From Dehalococcoidia bacterium (GTDB lineage Bacteria; Chloroflexota; Dehalococcoidia; UBA2979), in NCBI GenBank assembly GCA_965207415.1, contig CBDBMD010000003.1, positions 3,113,243 to 3,177,242 on the forward strand: a DNA stretch of 64,000 bases, written 5' to 3'. The notes under the pieces were generated by a model, which saw nothing but the letters and a program-made list of their open reading frames with translations, made no database searches and was not told the DNA's origin. Below are positions 39,184-51,101 of the stretch, one piece after another. Position numbers and translations under genes: made by a program. How positions within the stretch are numbered: position 1 is the first letter of the stretch; the number at the start of each line of letters is the position of its first letter.

Positions 39184-39384
39184 ATGCACAAGTACGAGGT
39201 CATCATCTACTGGAGTAACGAGGACGAGACCTTCGTCGCGGAAGTTCCCGAGCTCCCCGGTTGCAGCGCCCACGGCGACACGAAGGCGGCAGCCCTGCAG
39301 AGTGTCGAGCAGGCGATCAACCTCCGGATCGACACGGCGAGGGAGTTCGGCGACCCTGTCCCGACCCCAGGGGTGAACGCGTGA
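39184..39384 (+). CDS. hicB: HicB-family antitoxin (HicA remnant AKPYRVRRVRQAIL just upstream)
   Basis: YEVIIYWSNEDETFVAEVPELPGC-AHG. Confidence 0.85.
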   Translation: MHKYEVIIYWSNEDETFVAEVPELPGCSAHGDTKAAALQSVEQAINLRIDTAREFGDPVPTPGVNA

Positions 39385-39485
39385 TGCTGGCGTAGGGGCC
39401 GTATGACCGTGGGGCCGGGCCACATCTCTGTTTGACAGCCTGAGCAACGCACGAGGATCATGACGGCGTGTCGGAGGCGTTGACC

Positions 39486-39713
39486 ATGGACTGGCGCGAC
39501 TACATCACCGTCGACCCGAATGTCTGCCACGGGCAGGCCTGCATCCTCGGCACCCGCGTCATGGTCACCGTCATCCTCGACAACCTCGCTGCGGGCCTGA
39601 CGGCTGCGGAGATCGCGGAAAGCTACCCGTCCGTGTCTGCTGATGCGGTCAGGGCGGCCCTCCAGTACGCGGCTGAACTGGCCAGGGAGCGGACCGTGCC
39701 GCTGGGCGCGTAG
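39486..39713 (+). CDS. DUF433 antitoxin
   Basis: ITVDPNVCHGQACI-GTRV. Confidence 0.92.
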   Translation: MDWRDYITVDPNVCHGQACILGTRVMVTVILDNLAAGLTAAEIAESYPSVSADAVRAALQYAAELARERTVPLGA

Positions 39714-39722
39714 CGACACTCC

Positions 39723-40076
39723 ATGCGGGTCAAGCTCGATGAGAACCTTCCGGTCCAGCTCAAGCGCCTGTTCGCGGAGTCCGGCCACGACGCGGCCACG
39801 GTCGTCGACGAGGGCCTGGGCGGCGCGCCGGACACGGAGATAGCGGCGATCTGCATCGCCGAGGAACGCGTGCTGATCACACTGGACCTGGATTTCGCAG
39901 ATATACGGACGTACCCGCCGAAGGCGTACGCCGGGATCATCGTATTCCGGCTGCCCAGGGCGGTGCGGGATGCTGTCCTGGACGTCGGCGCTGTCCTGAT
40001 TGAGCGGCTGAGAGAGTCATCCCCGGAGGGTCAGCTCTGGATTGTGGAAGACTCACGGATCCGAATCCGGGAGTGA
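39723..40076 (+). CDS. DUF5615 PIN-like toxin
   Basis: KLDENLP, LITLDLDF. Confidence 0.9.
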   Translation: MRVKLDENLPVQLKRLFAESGHDAATVVDEGLGGAPDTEIAAICIAEERVLITLDLDFADIRTYPPKAYAGIIVFRLPRAVRDAVLDVGAVLIERLRESSPEGQLWIVEDSRIRIRE

Positions 40077-40079
40077 CCC

Positions 40080-43217
<3,138 letters not shown>

Positions 43218-43312
43218 CCGGCGGTGACCTTGTGTCTTGCATGGGACATCCGTGAGTGTCGGCTTACGCGATCAGTGCAGGGGGCGTTTCGGCAGCGGTC
43301 CGGTTGCGGTTC

Positions 43313-44005
43313 TCAGGCGGTCGCGCTTCGGACAGGCCTGCCTGGTCCGGTGCTGAACTCGTACGGCTCCTCGAAGACCATGGGAGTTGAGGTCGCAGAT
43401 CGCGGTTCGATGTATACATCACCTTCGCGTCGGCCGCGTGGCTGCCGGACAAGGTAGCCCCCTCGGTCTAGATTCACCAATCGATTCGTCGCAGCGCTCG
43501 GCCGTATGCCCTCCGCTTCAGCCAGTCTGGATGCCGTCACTTGTCCGCCTAGCATGACAATGGTGTCCAGAGTGCTGCTCTCCGTCTCCGTCAAGTTACC
43601 GATCGGAGTCCCTTCCGAAAGGTCGAGAGACGAGGGAGACAGGTAGAGCGGCAGTTGATGTGCTTGGGCCATGTACCGGACAAAATCAGCGACCCCTGGA
43701 TCGGTGGTGCTGATGACGAGGCGGACCGTTCCGTACTCTCCCCCTCGAATGCGCTGGGCGAGCGGGAGGATCAGTTCCTGCAGAGTCGCGGGGGTTAGCG
43801 CGACTCCCCCGAGATCCAGGACAAGAACCTGTGGAGCGTCGAGACGGCCGAGCTGTGTAGCTAGGCGATCTCGAATGACGGCGGCCCGGTGACGGTCCTT
43901 GAGTAACAGAGTGGGCGCTGGCTCGTTGTCCGACGATCCGCGGAGCAAGCTGGACAGGAAGACGATTTGTGCTCTGGGCGACTCTTCCACAGCAGGCCCC
44001 CTCAC
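43313..44005 (-). CDS. STAS-like plus winged-helix protein, putative regulator trailing the Bil operon
   Basis: LVLDLGGV...; LAEAEGIRPSAATNRLVNL--GGYL. Confidence 0.6.
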   Translation of the reverse strand: MRGPAVEESPRAQIVFLSSLLRGSSDNEPAPTLLLKDRHRAAVIRDRLATQLGRLDAPQVLVLDLGGVALTPATLQELILPLAQRIRGGEYGTVRLVISTTDPGVADFVRYMAQAHQLPLYLSPSSLDLSEGTPIGNLTETESSTLDTIVMLGGQVTASRLAEAEGIRPSAATNRLVNLDRGGYLVRQPRGRREGDVYIEPRSATSTPMVFEEPYEFSTGPGRPVRSATA

Positions 44006-44026
44006 GGCCTAGCCATGACTCAACGC

Positions 44027-45541
44027 CTAGGCCCGTGAGGATTCTAGGGCATATTTTGCTCGGTAGGCGGAAACGAAGTCGCGATCTTCGCAGATACACC
44101 TGCCACTCCCAGCGTTGAGTGCCGGCTGGGGCGACGTTTCGCCGAGGGGACGCAGGGGGTACACCCGTCGCACCAAAGTCTTGCGCTGAGCTCCCGCGGT
44201 CAGTACGTCGCGGACAGCCTCGGCGGCCAGCAGGACGCCGGCGAGAGCCGATTGGAACGCAAGCGGAACATGCAGCTCCCTCGGAATCGTTCCGACATCC
44301 CCCAGAGGGATGATGCCGCCGCCACAGACACCGCTGACCCAGAGATCGCGTATCGGCCCCCCCACGTAAGGCTCCAGCTTCGCGGCTGGGACTTCACACG
44401 CCGTTGCGATCGCGTCACAGATGCCCCTGTCGATCCCTTGCCCACTGGCGAGAAGGTCGCGGACCTGAGCCTGCAGCCCGGGGATCCTGAGGCCTTCGGC
44501 AATGACCCGGTCCTCGCTTGCGACCTCGTGGGTTGGAAGGTACAGGCATGCAAGACAGGCGTCTGGCCCCAGGAAGGCATGTGAGGACACACCGAGGTCG
44601 CCGTCCTGAGTCCACGCGTTCACGATCCAACGCGGGAGGCTCGCCTGTACGGCTCGCCTGTCACCGGCGGAATCGAGGGCGACCAGGACGCGTTCCCAGT
44701 CGTAGCCGTTGGCCTCGAGGAAGGACGCCCAGGTTCCTCGGTGGAGGAGCGGCTGCAGCGCCCCCTCGAACATCTCTGCTGAGACTTCGACCTTGACGCC
44801 GCCTTCGTCGCTCCGCGCACAGAGGACGTAGCGCTGGAGATTGCTGAGCTCGATGGTTTCTGGGTCGACTAGGTAGAGTTCGCCGACGAGCGGGGTTCGC
44901 GCGAGAGCCCAAGCGGCGCTGTTGCCGACTGCTCCTGCGCCGACCAGCACCAAGGGGTCGGTCAACGTCGACGCCGTCAGGCTGGGGAAGGAGGCGGCAT
45001 CGGGGGGGAAGGTGATGTCGTCGTCGAGCAAACCTGTGCCGCCGGGTATGAAGAGGAAGCGAAACAGGTTGGCTACCGCCAGGCAGGCGGCGAAGCCGGC
45101 GCCATAGGGATTGCCTAGGTCGCTGGTTTGGTAGGGGCCCTTCGTGCCCACGTGGCCCACCCACCCGTCGCAGCCAGCGTAGAAGACGGTCGGGGCGGCG
45201 ACGGGCGGGGCATCCATTCCGACCGCGAGAGCAACGTCGGGAGTGCCCGTCATGGACGCCTCAATGTTGGGGTTGATGTTTCTGGCCAGGGTCATCAGTT
45301 CATCGGCAAAGCTCTCGCCGGCGGGAACGGTGGCGAACGTCAGGCTCGGGTACAGGCGGGCCGCCAGCCTCACGGAGAGATCGAGGAGTTCGCGCCCATC
45401 GCGGCTGGTGGCCGCCTCCCCGCCGAACGCGATTGCCACCCGGACGCCCTCGAGCTGTTCGATGAAGGCGTCGGTCTCAAACCCTTGGAGTACTTGCGAT
45501 ATCGCGACCGCGTCGCGATCGAAGAAGTCAGCTAGCGCCAT
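44027..45541 (-). CDS. bilD: E1-like (inactive-E2 + ThiF) enzyme, BilD-type
   Basis: GAGAVG, SNLQRY, CLAC, VCGG, C-terminal CIC. Confidence 0.8.
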   Translation of the reverse strand: MALADFFDRDAVAISQVLQGFETDAFIEQLEGVRVAIAFGGEAATSRDGRELLDLSVRLAARLYPSLTFATVPAGESFADELMTLARNINPNIEASMTGTPDVALAVGMDAPPVAAPTVFYAGCDGWVGHVGTKGPYQTSDLGNPYGAGFAACLAVANLFRFLFIPGGTGLLDDDITFPPDAASFPSLTASTLTDPLVLVGAGAVGNSAAWALARTPLVGELYLVDPETIELSNLQRYVLCARSDEGGVKVEVSAEMFEGALQPLLHRGTWASFLEANGYDWERVLVALDSAGDRRAVQASLPRWIVNAWTQDGDLGVSSHAFLGPDACLACLYLPTHEVASEDRVIAEGLRIPGLQAQVRDLLASGQGIDRGICDAIATACEVPAAKLEPYVGGPIRDLWVSGVCGGGIIPLGDVGTIPRELHVPLAFQSALAGVLLAAEAVRDVLTAGAQRKTLVRRVYPLRPLGETSPQPALNAGSGRCICEDRDFVSAYRAKYALESSRA

Positions 45542-46019
45542 CGGCGACAACCTCCACGAATTCACTCAGAGGACCGGTTAGTTCTCGCCAGCCGTCTCCA
45601 CCGAGGCGGTAGGCGGCGATGTCGTTTGATCCGAAGCCGTCGCGGCCGAAGGAGGGCAGGACGATCGATAGGCTACCGTCCAGTGTGGCGATCGGGAACG
45701 TGTCGTCGGTCTCCGAGTGATAGGCGTCTCCCGGATGGCTGTGGATCTGTACTCCGACGACCTGCCGGGCTTCGTAGAGCCACACGTTCAGGCGGTGGAG
45801 CTCGGGGCCGTCAACCCTCACGCAGAGTCCGCCGTCGAGCCTGTACGAGACCTGGCTAGGGACATGCATCTCAGCGACCACAAATGTGTCGCCATCGCGC
45901 GTACCCGACCAGACTACGAACAACTCGTAGCCCTCCAGCCCTGCCGAGCGAATCGCCTCCTCGGTCTCGCGTACGGCGCTTGCCTGAATTCGAAACCGCC
46001 GCACGCCCCGGAGGGTCAC
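45528..46019 (-). CDS. bilC: JAB/JAMM deubiquitinase, BilC-type
   Basis: E...HSHP---YHS-TD. Confidence 0.85.
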   Translation of the reverse strand: MTLRGVRRFRIQASAVRETEEAIRSAGLEGYELFVVWSGTRDGDTFVVAEMHVPSQVSYRLDGGLCVRVDGPELHRLNVWLYEARQVVGVQIHSHPGDAYHSETDDTFPIATLDGSLSIVLPSFGRDGFGSNDIAAYRLGGDGWRELTGPLSEFVEVVADGAS

Positions 46020-47131
46020 TCAGGGGGCTCGGAGACAGCGAAAGTGACCTGCGGTACCAGGTTGACGTTGAAGCCCGTCACCGGCTCGACGCCGTACTTC
46101 GCGATCACATCCAACAGGCGAACCAGTCGACCCGCGCCGGCGGGCCGGTGCAGCTCCCACGGGTCGCCGGTGTGGCCCGGGTGGTCGTGGTACTCCCTGA
46201 CCCCGGGTAGACAGAGGAAGGGCACGTCGTCCGGCGAGTAAGCCTGCATCAGATTCTGCGGGTTCCCCAGCCGCATCTTGGTACCGTCGGGCAGCACCGC
46301 CTCTGGTCCAAGGATCATGCGGGGCAGTTGGGTCGGGAGCTCCCTGCTCAGGAGCGGTCGGCCTGAGAACGGATCGACCAAGAGGACCGAGGGCGGCTCG
46401 GCGTCGTAGTTCGTATAGTCGAACTGGACGGCGGTGACGATCACGGGGGGGATGGTCTTCTTCGAGGCGAGCAGGACGATCGCGTGAGGCCACTCGGCCT
46501 TCACGAGGAACCAGCCGCGGTCCCGGTAGTCAGCATCGAGAGCGAGGTACTCAGCGACCTCGCGGTCGAACTTGGCGCGGGACACGGCCGGATCCACTGA
46601 CTGTGCCGCCGCGCTAGCCATTGCCGCCGCGCTAGCGCCGCCGACCCCCGCCTTCAGGTTCAGGAAGAGCCGGACCTTGTCGTCGAATCCGTAGTCCCCG
46701 ATCGTCTTGTCCAGGTCGAGCAGGTTCCCGTCGGCGTCGCGGAGCTCCCAGTTGTCGGGCGGCTGGCCCGAGTTCCCCGTCTGACGCAGCGCGTCAGGGA
46801 TGATCGCGCGGAGGGGATCGTCCACGACGGCATCAACCACCGTCGGCTGGCCGTTGACGACTACGGTGAGCGGGATCCCTACCCCCGCCTTGAGGCTGAG
46901 GAACAGGGTGGTCTTCTCCGTGAGGGGGTAGTCCTCGATCGGTTTGTTCGGGTCGAGAAGGTTCCCAGCGCTATCGTGGATTTCCCAGTCCTCGGGCGGC
47001 TGTCCCGAGGTGCCTGTTTGGCGGAGCGCCGGCTCGATGATGCTGCGGAGGGGGTCCTCCAGGACGGCATCAACCACGGTCGGCTTGCCGTCGACGACTA
47101 TGGTGAGCGGAATCGTCTTGAGAGTGGCCAT
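46016..47131 (-). CDS. Tandem ubiquitin-like (DUF2604-like x2) domains fused to a CEHH-type E2 (BilA-BilB fusion)
   Basis: Two Ubl repeats of about 80 aa ending LKAGVG-I and LKAGVGG; FLCLPGVREYHDHPGH; RBS AAGGAGG. Confidence 0.8.
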   Translation of the reverse strand: MATLKTIPLTIVVDGKPTVVDAVLEDPLRSIIEPALRQTGTSGQPPEDWEIHDSAGNLLDPNKPIEDYPLTEKTTLFLSLKAGVGIPLTVVVNGQPTVVDAVVDDPLRAIIPDALRQTGNSGQPPDNWELRDADGNLLDLDKTIGDYGFDDKVRLFLNLKAGVGGASAAAMASAAAQSVDPAVSRAKFDREVAEYLALDADYRDRGWFLVKAEWPHAIVLLASKKTIPPVIVTAVQFDYTNYDAEPPSVLLVDPFSGRPLLSRELPTQLPRMILGPEAVLPDGTKMRLGNPQNLMQAYSPDDVPFLCLPGVREYHDHPGHTGDPWELHRPAGAGRLVRLLDVIAKYGVEPVTGFNVNLVPQVTFAVSEPPE

Positions 47132-47148
47132 GGAGCGGCCTCCTTTCG

Positions 47149-47194
47149 ATGTGGACCAACGTACCACATAGACTTCACTAAGGCGAGTGAAGTC
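47149..47194. promoter_or_regulatory. Bil promoter with operator palindrome
   Basis: GACTTCACT-N6-AGTGAAGTC at 47171-47194; minus-strand extended -10 TGgTACGTT. Confidence 0.6.
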
Positions 47195-47259
47195 AGTGAG
47201 ACTGAACATCGAGGGCGGAATGAGGCGCGGTCATTCCCGCGGCAACCGACCCGGACAAC

Positions 47260-47848
47260 GACACGCTGACCTACGCGATGGAGGGCACGGACGCGGCCTC
47301 GTTCACCTTCAATGCGTCCACCCGGCAGATCAAGACCAAGACCGGGGTGACCTACGACTTCGAGGCCAAGTCGAGCTACTCGGTGACGATCAAGGCGGAC
47401 GACAGCAACGGCGGCACCGACACCGTCGATGTGACCGTCAACCTGACCGACGGTGTCCTACTTCCCCGACGCGCCGGAGTTCATGAACCAGGACTTCGCC
47501 GAGCTGTTCGCGGACGGCGTCCCGCCGCTCCTTCCACTGACCGTGCGCAGCACGGGCCCGGCGACGCCGGCCCCGCCCGCGCCCGCGGTCGCCGAGCCGT
47601 TCGCGACGTGCCTCCTCGGCGAGATCTCGGACGGCTTCAGCCTCGTCGTCTACGAGGGCGGCAGCGTCGCAGACCTCGAGGCGTGCGCGGCGGGCCTCGG
47701 CCTCACGGCCGTCTACGCGCTGGTCGAGGGCGAGTGGGAGTCCTACTTCCTCGGCGCGCCGGCGTTCGTCAACCGCGCCTTCGCCGAGCTGTTCGCCGAC
47801 GGCGTCGCGGCGGCGATGCCGCTGACCGTCAAGAGCGCGGGGCCGTAG
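47260..47848 (+). pseudogene. Remnant of a large surface protein: cadherin domain plus repeated C-terminal domain, frames disjoint
   Basis: GTDAASF...YDFEAKSSYSVT; SYF-GAP-FVN--FAELFADG x2. Confidence 0.7.
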
Positions 47849-48053
47849 GCGTCAGCCGCGGACGGGGCGACCCCGCTGGCGGCGGCTACTCGCCGTCACT
47901 TGCGCTTCGCACCGCACGCCGCCCAGGCCGCGGCAACGGCGCCCGAACCACCACCGGCACGCGCTCGATCTTGTCGTGTCTGAGCAGTGAGGCCTCTCTT
48001 GTTCGAGTGGTGAGAAACCGGCCCTCGGTGCTCTGGGGGCGAGGCAATCGTGC

Positions 48054-49325
48054 TCAGTTCGGCCGCTGGGGCACGGGGCGCGAGGGATCCGCGATAGCCG
48101 TATCGCCCTCTGGGCTCGCGAGACCTCGCTCGAATGCTGTGAACGCATCGATGAGTTCCGGCGCCTCAAACGCGCGATTGCGTCGGCCGACTGTGATCTG
48201 GACCAGGATCCCCGCGCGCACCAGTTGATCGATCGCCTGGGTCGTCGCTCGCAGCGAGCGGCCGATGAGATCCGCGGCGACGGACGTGGTCAGGACGGGC
48301 GCCTCCGGGAGCGTGTCGATGAGCAGGCGGAGCGCCGAGTCGCGCCGCGCGGGTCCGGCTCGCTCGAGCCATTTCGCCTGGAGCGCCCGCACCCGCTCCT
48401 CGAAGCGCGCAGCGTCTCCCGCGGCACGCAGGCAGGCTTCGGCGGCGAGCTCCACCCAGCGGTCGAAGCCGTCGCGCGCCTCGGCGCTATCGGGCGGCCC
48501 GACATAGCGCGTCGCGGTCAGGCCGGCCACGTAGGCCGAAGACCACGTCGCCAGTACCAGTGAGATGGGCGGTTGGACGCGGAGCCCCAGGCCGCGGCGC
48601 CGCAGCACCAGATGGATCAAGGCACGGCCCACGCGTCCGTTGCCGTCCACGAACGGGTGGATGGTCTCGAACTGCGCGTGCGTGATCGCTGCCTGAACCA
48701 GCGGTGGCCACGCATCGGTGCTGGCGAAGGCGCACAGATCGTCGAACAGGTCCTCCACGGCCTCTGGGGGTGGCGGTACAAATGCCGCCGCGCACGGGTT
48801 GTACCCGGAGCCTCCGATCCAGTTCTGCTGGTCTCGCAGGCGCCCGCCGTGCTCCTCGAGCGGCGTGCCGGCGAGCAGCAGGCGGTGCATCTCCAGCAGG
48901 ACAGCCGGTTCAATCGGGTCGCCAGGCCCTACCGTCTCGACACCCATCGACATTGCGTCGATGTTGGCCAGCACCTCCTCGGCCGTACGATCCCGCGGGT
49001 CATTGCCGAGACGACGCGCCGCATCGGCACGGAGCAGCCGCCGGCCCCCGACCACCAATCCTTCGATGCGAGACGAAGCGACCGATTCGGCGCGCAGGAT
49101 CAGTCGGGCGAGGGAGCGGGCGCCGGCGAGCGCGGTGGCCGATTGATCGAGGCGCACGAGCGCGGCCTCGGCCGCGGCGACATCTGCGGTGACCTCGCCC
49201 GAGAGCGCGAAGTCGCGGCCGGCGAGCGGATCCGGCAGGTATGTGTTGTAGTTGCAGGGCCGCCGCTCGCGGTAGGTTTGCCCCGTCGGGCTTCCCTGCC
49301 ACTGTCGGCGCTCGTAGCCAGCCAT
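48054..49325 (-). CDS. Fic family protein, paralog of 18229-19497
   Basis: HPFVDGNGRVGR; SSRIEG. Confidence 0.92.
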   Translation of the reverse strand: MAGYERRQWQGSPTGQTYRERRPCNYNTYLPDPLAGRDFALSGEVTADVAAAEAALVRLDQSATALAGARSLARLILRAESVASSRIEGLVVGGRRLLRADAARRLGNDPRDRTAEEVLANIDAMSMGVETVGPGDPIEPAVLLEMHRLLLAGTPLEEHGGRLRDQQNWIGGSGYNPCAAAFVPPPPEAVEDLFDDLCAFASTDAWPPLVQAAITHAQFETIHPFVDGNGRVGRALIHLVLRRRGLGLRVQPPISLVLATWSSAYVAGLTATRYVGPPDSAEARDGFDRWVELAAEACLRAAGDAARFEERVRALQAKWLERAGPARRDSALRLLIDTLPEAPVLTTSVAADLIGRSLRATTQAIDQLVRAGILVQITVGRRNRAFEAPELIDAFTAFERGLASPEGDTAIADPSRPVPQRPN

Positions 49326-49353
49326 AGCAACCTCTCTTGCTGAATGTTACCAC

Positions 49354-49390
49354 CTAACCTCCTATATGGAGCCGTACTATCGGAGGTTAG
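49354..49390. promoter_or_regulatory. Inverted repeat upstream of Fic 2
   Basis: CTAACCTCCtATA-N11-TATcGGAGGTTAG. Confidence 0.6.
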
Positions 49391-49509
49391 CGGTCGCCCG
49401 CACGACCCGCAGGGATCGCGCCTCGCGAGCTCGCGCCGCGAGAGACGGGGCGACCCCGAGGATCACCGCATCCAGAACGACCTATGCAACCAGGAAGCCT
49501 CAACCCCTC

Positions 49510-49628
49510 GTGCCGAGGCCTCTCTAGTGCTGACCGGGCGCTGGCGCTCCGAGCGCATGCCGGCGCTGTATGCACGCGGCGAACACGCGGGCCGGGCTCC
49601 GGTCGCGCGGTACTACGGAGGTGCGTAG
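49510..49628 (+). pseudogene. C-terminal remnant of a Cre-like tyrosine recombinase
   Basis: ASLV-TGRWRSERMPALYARGE-AGR--VARYY (Trp and catalytic Tyr region). Confidence 0.65.
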
Positions 49629-49703
49629 GAGAGCCACTCCTGCCTCCGAGCCGTCCCGCAGGAGTGTTTGTGTGTCCGGGGTGGGCCTCTGGCCTGAGCC
49701 TGC

Positions 49704-50864
49704 CTATGTCCTTCGCCCAGGGTATTCGGTGTCGAAGTCCAGCCCACACTCCAAGACGAACTGACCGGCCAGCTCCTCGACAAGCGCAACGCCGTCCGCT
49801 TCTATCCGTCGCCCAGTCACGCCAAGCGCATACTCAGTGTAGTCGTCGCGCGGGAATGTCGGCCGGAACCGCTGCTGAACCGGGCCGCGACCAGACCACG
49901 GCCTCGATGTCCCCTGGTGGCCCCGCACGCCGCGGATCGACATCGCGATGTCCCAGGGCATCGCCTCCTTGGTGCGCTCGTGGATGGCGCCGATGATCCC
50001 GATGACTTCGATGCAAGCCTGCAGCGCGAGCCACGGCTGAACCGTATCCGCATTCCCGCGATCGAACCCCCGGCTGTACGAGAGGTGCGCGAGTGCGCCG
50101 TTTTTCTCGAACGCGATGTCGCGATACGACATGATTGCCTGCGAGCCCCAACTCGGTCCCTCTGGTGTGGCTTGATGGCTGATGAAGCCCCAGGCTCGTA
50201 CCGGCGCGGGTATCACGATCGGGCCTGTCGGGACCATGAGCTCGAAGGCGAAGTCGTCCCACTCATCCGCCGTCCTGGTCTTCGCGAAGAGCAAGTCGGG
50301 GGCGGCACCGACCGGCCGCGCGACAATGCAGGTCCTCGCATGCAGAGACGCACCTGCCGGTTCCGGTCTCCGCAGCGCTCGCTCAAGTGCCTGCCCGAGC
50401 AAGCGCGGCCGCGCCTTGCGCAGCTCCATTCGATCAGCGACCTCGGCGTCTGACATCGGCCTTGTCCGCGCGTCGTCGCGCGTGTAGTACGTCCCGTCGA
50501 CCTGGTGGAGCATGTGCGGCGATGGCGGGATCTCGATCCAAACGACGCCCTCGCCTGTCTCGTCGGAGTGCAGCACCGACGAGTCCCACTCGATGGGTGG
50601 CACCGACCTGTCCGCGGCCATTTGCCCGACTTTCTCACGGACGCCCGCATACTCGATCGGGGCGACGACGAGTCCGGCTTCTGACTCATCTACACCGAAC
50701 ACGAGAACGCCGCCTTGGACCGCCAGTGCCGCGCACTGCCGCGCGATGTCCCTGTTCGAGGGGAGTTCGCGCTTGAACTCGAGATGCCGACCTTCCTGCA
50801 GAACCCCGGCGGCGAGACTCTCCCGGAGTTCGGCGAGCGTTGCGGGGCGTCTCGGCAGACTCAC
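49704..50864 (-). CDS. AlbA_2/Schlafen-domain protein
   Basis: EGRHLEFKREL...AALA--GGVLVFGVDE; YYTR. Confidence 0.85.
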   Translation of the reverse strand: MSLPRRPATLAELRESLAAGVLQEGRHLEFKRELPSNRDIARQCAALAVQGGVLVFGVDESEAGLVVAPIEYAGVREKVGQMAADRSVPPIEWDSSVLHSDETGEGVVWIEIPPSPHMLHQVDGTYYTRDDARTRPMSDAEVADRMELRKARPRLLGQALERALRRPEPAGASLHARTCIVARPVGAAPDLLFAKTRTADEWDDFAFELMVPTGPIVIPAPVRAWGFISHQATPEGPSWGSQAIMSYRDIAFEKNGALAHLSYSRGFDRGNADTVQPWLALQACIEVIGIIGAIHERTKEAMPWDIAMSIRGVRGHQGTSRPWSGRGPVQQRFRPTFPRDDYTEYALGVTGRRIEADGVALVEELAGQFVLECGLDFDTEYPGRRT

Positions 50865-51101
50865 TGGACCATCGCCTAGCCGTTGGGGCTGCGCCCTGGA
50901 CGAAGCTGGCGACCCCGAGAGCAGTCGCCGATGGCGATGAGGATGATGAGCGAAGACCGGGTGTGGCGCGTCACAGTCTCAGCTCAGGATACGGTCGAGT
51001 GTTCATCGCGCGCATGTCTTACCCACGCCCCGGACGGACGGCGAAGCCATCTCGCGGCGCCGACCTGTCGGCACTGCAATGCGACGATACAATCTGGCGC
51101 G

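Noticed and set aside
44027-47131. E1/JAB genes as CBASS Cap2/Cap3
   Set aside because: No CD-NTase or effector; Ubl and CEHH-E2 fit Bil instead
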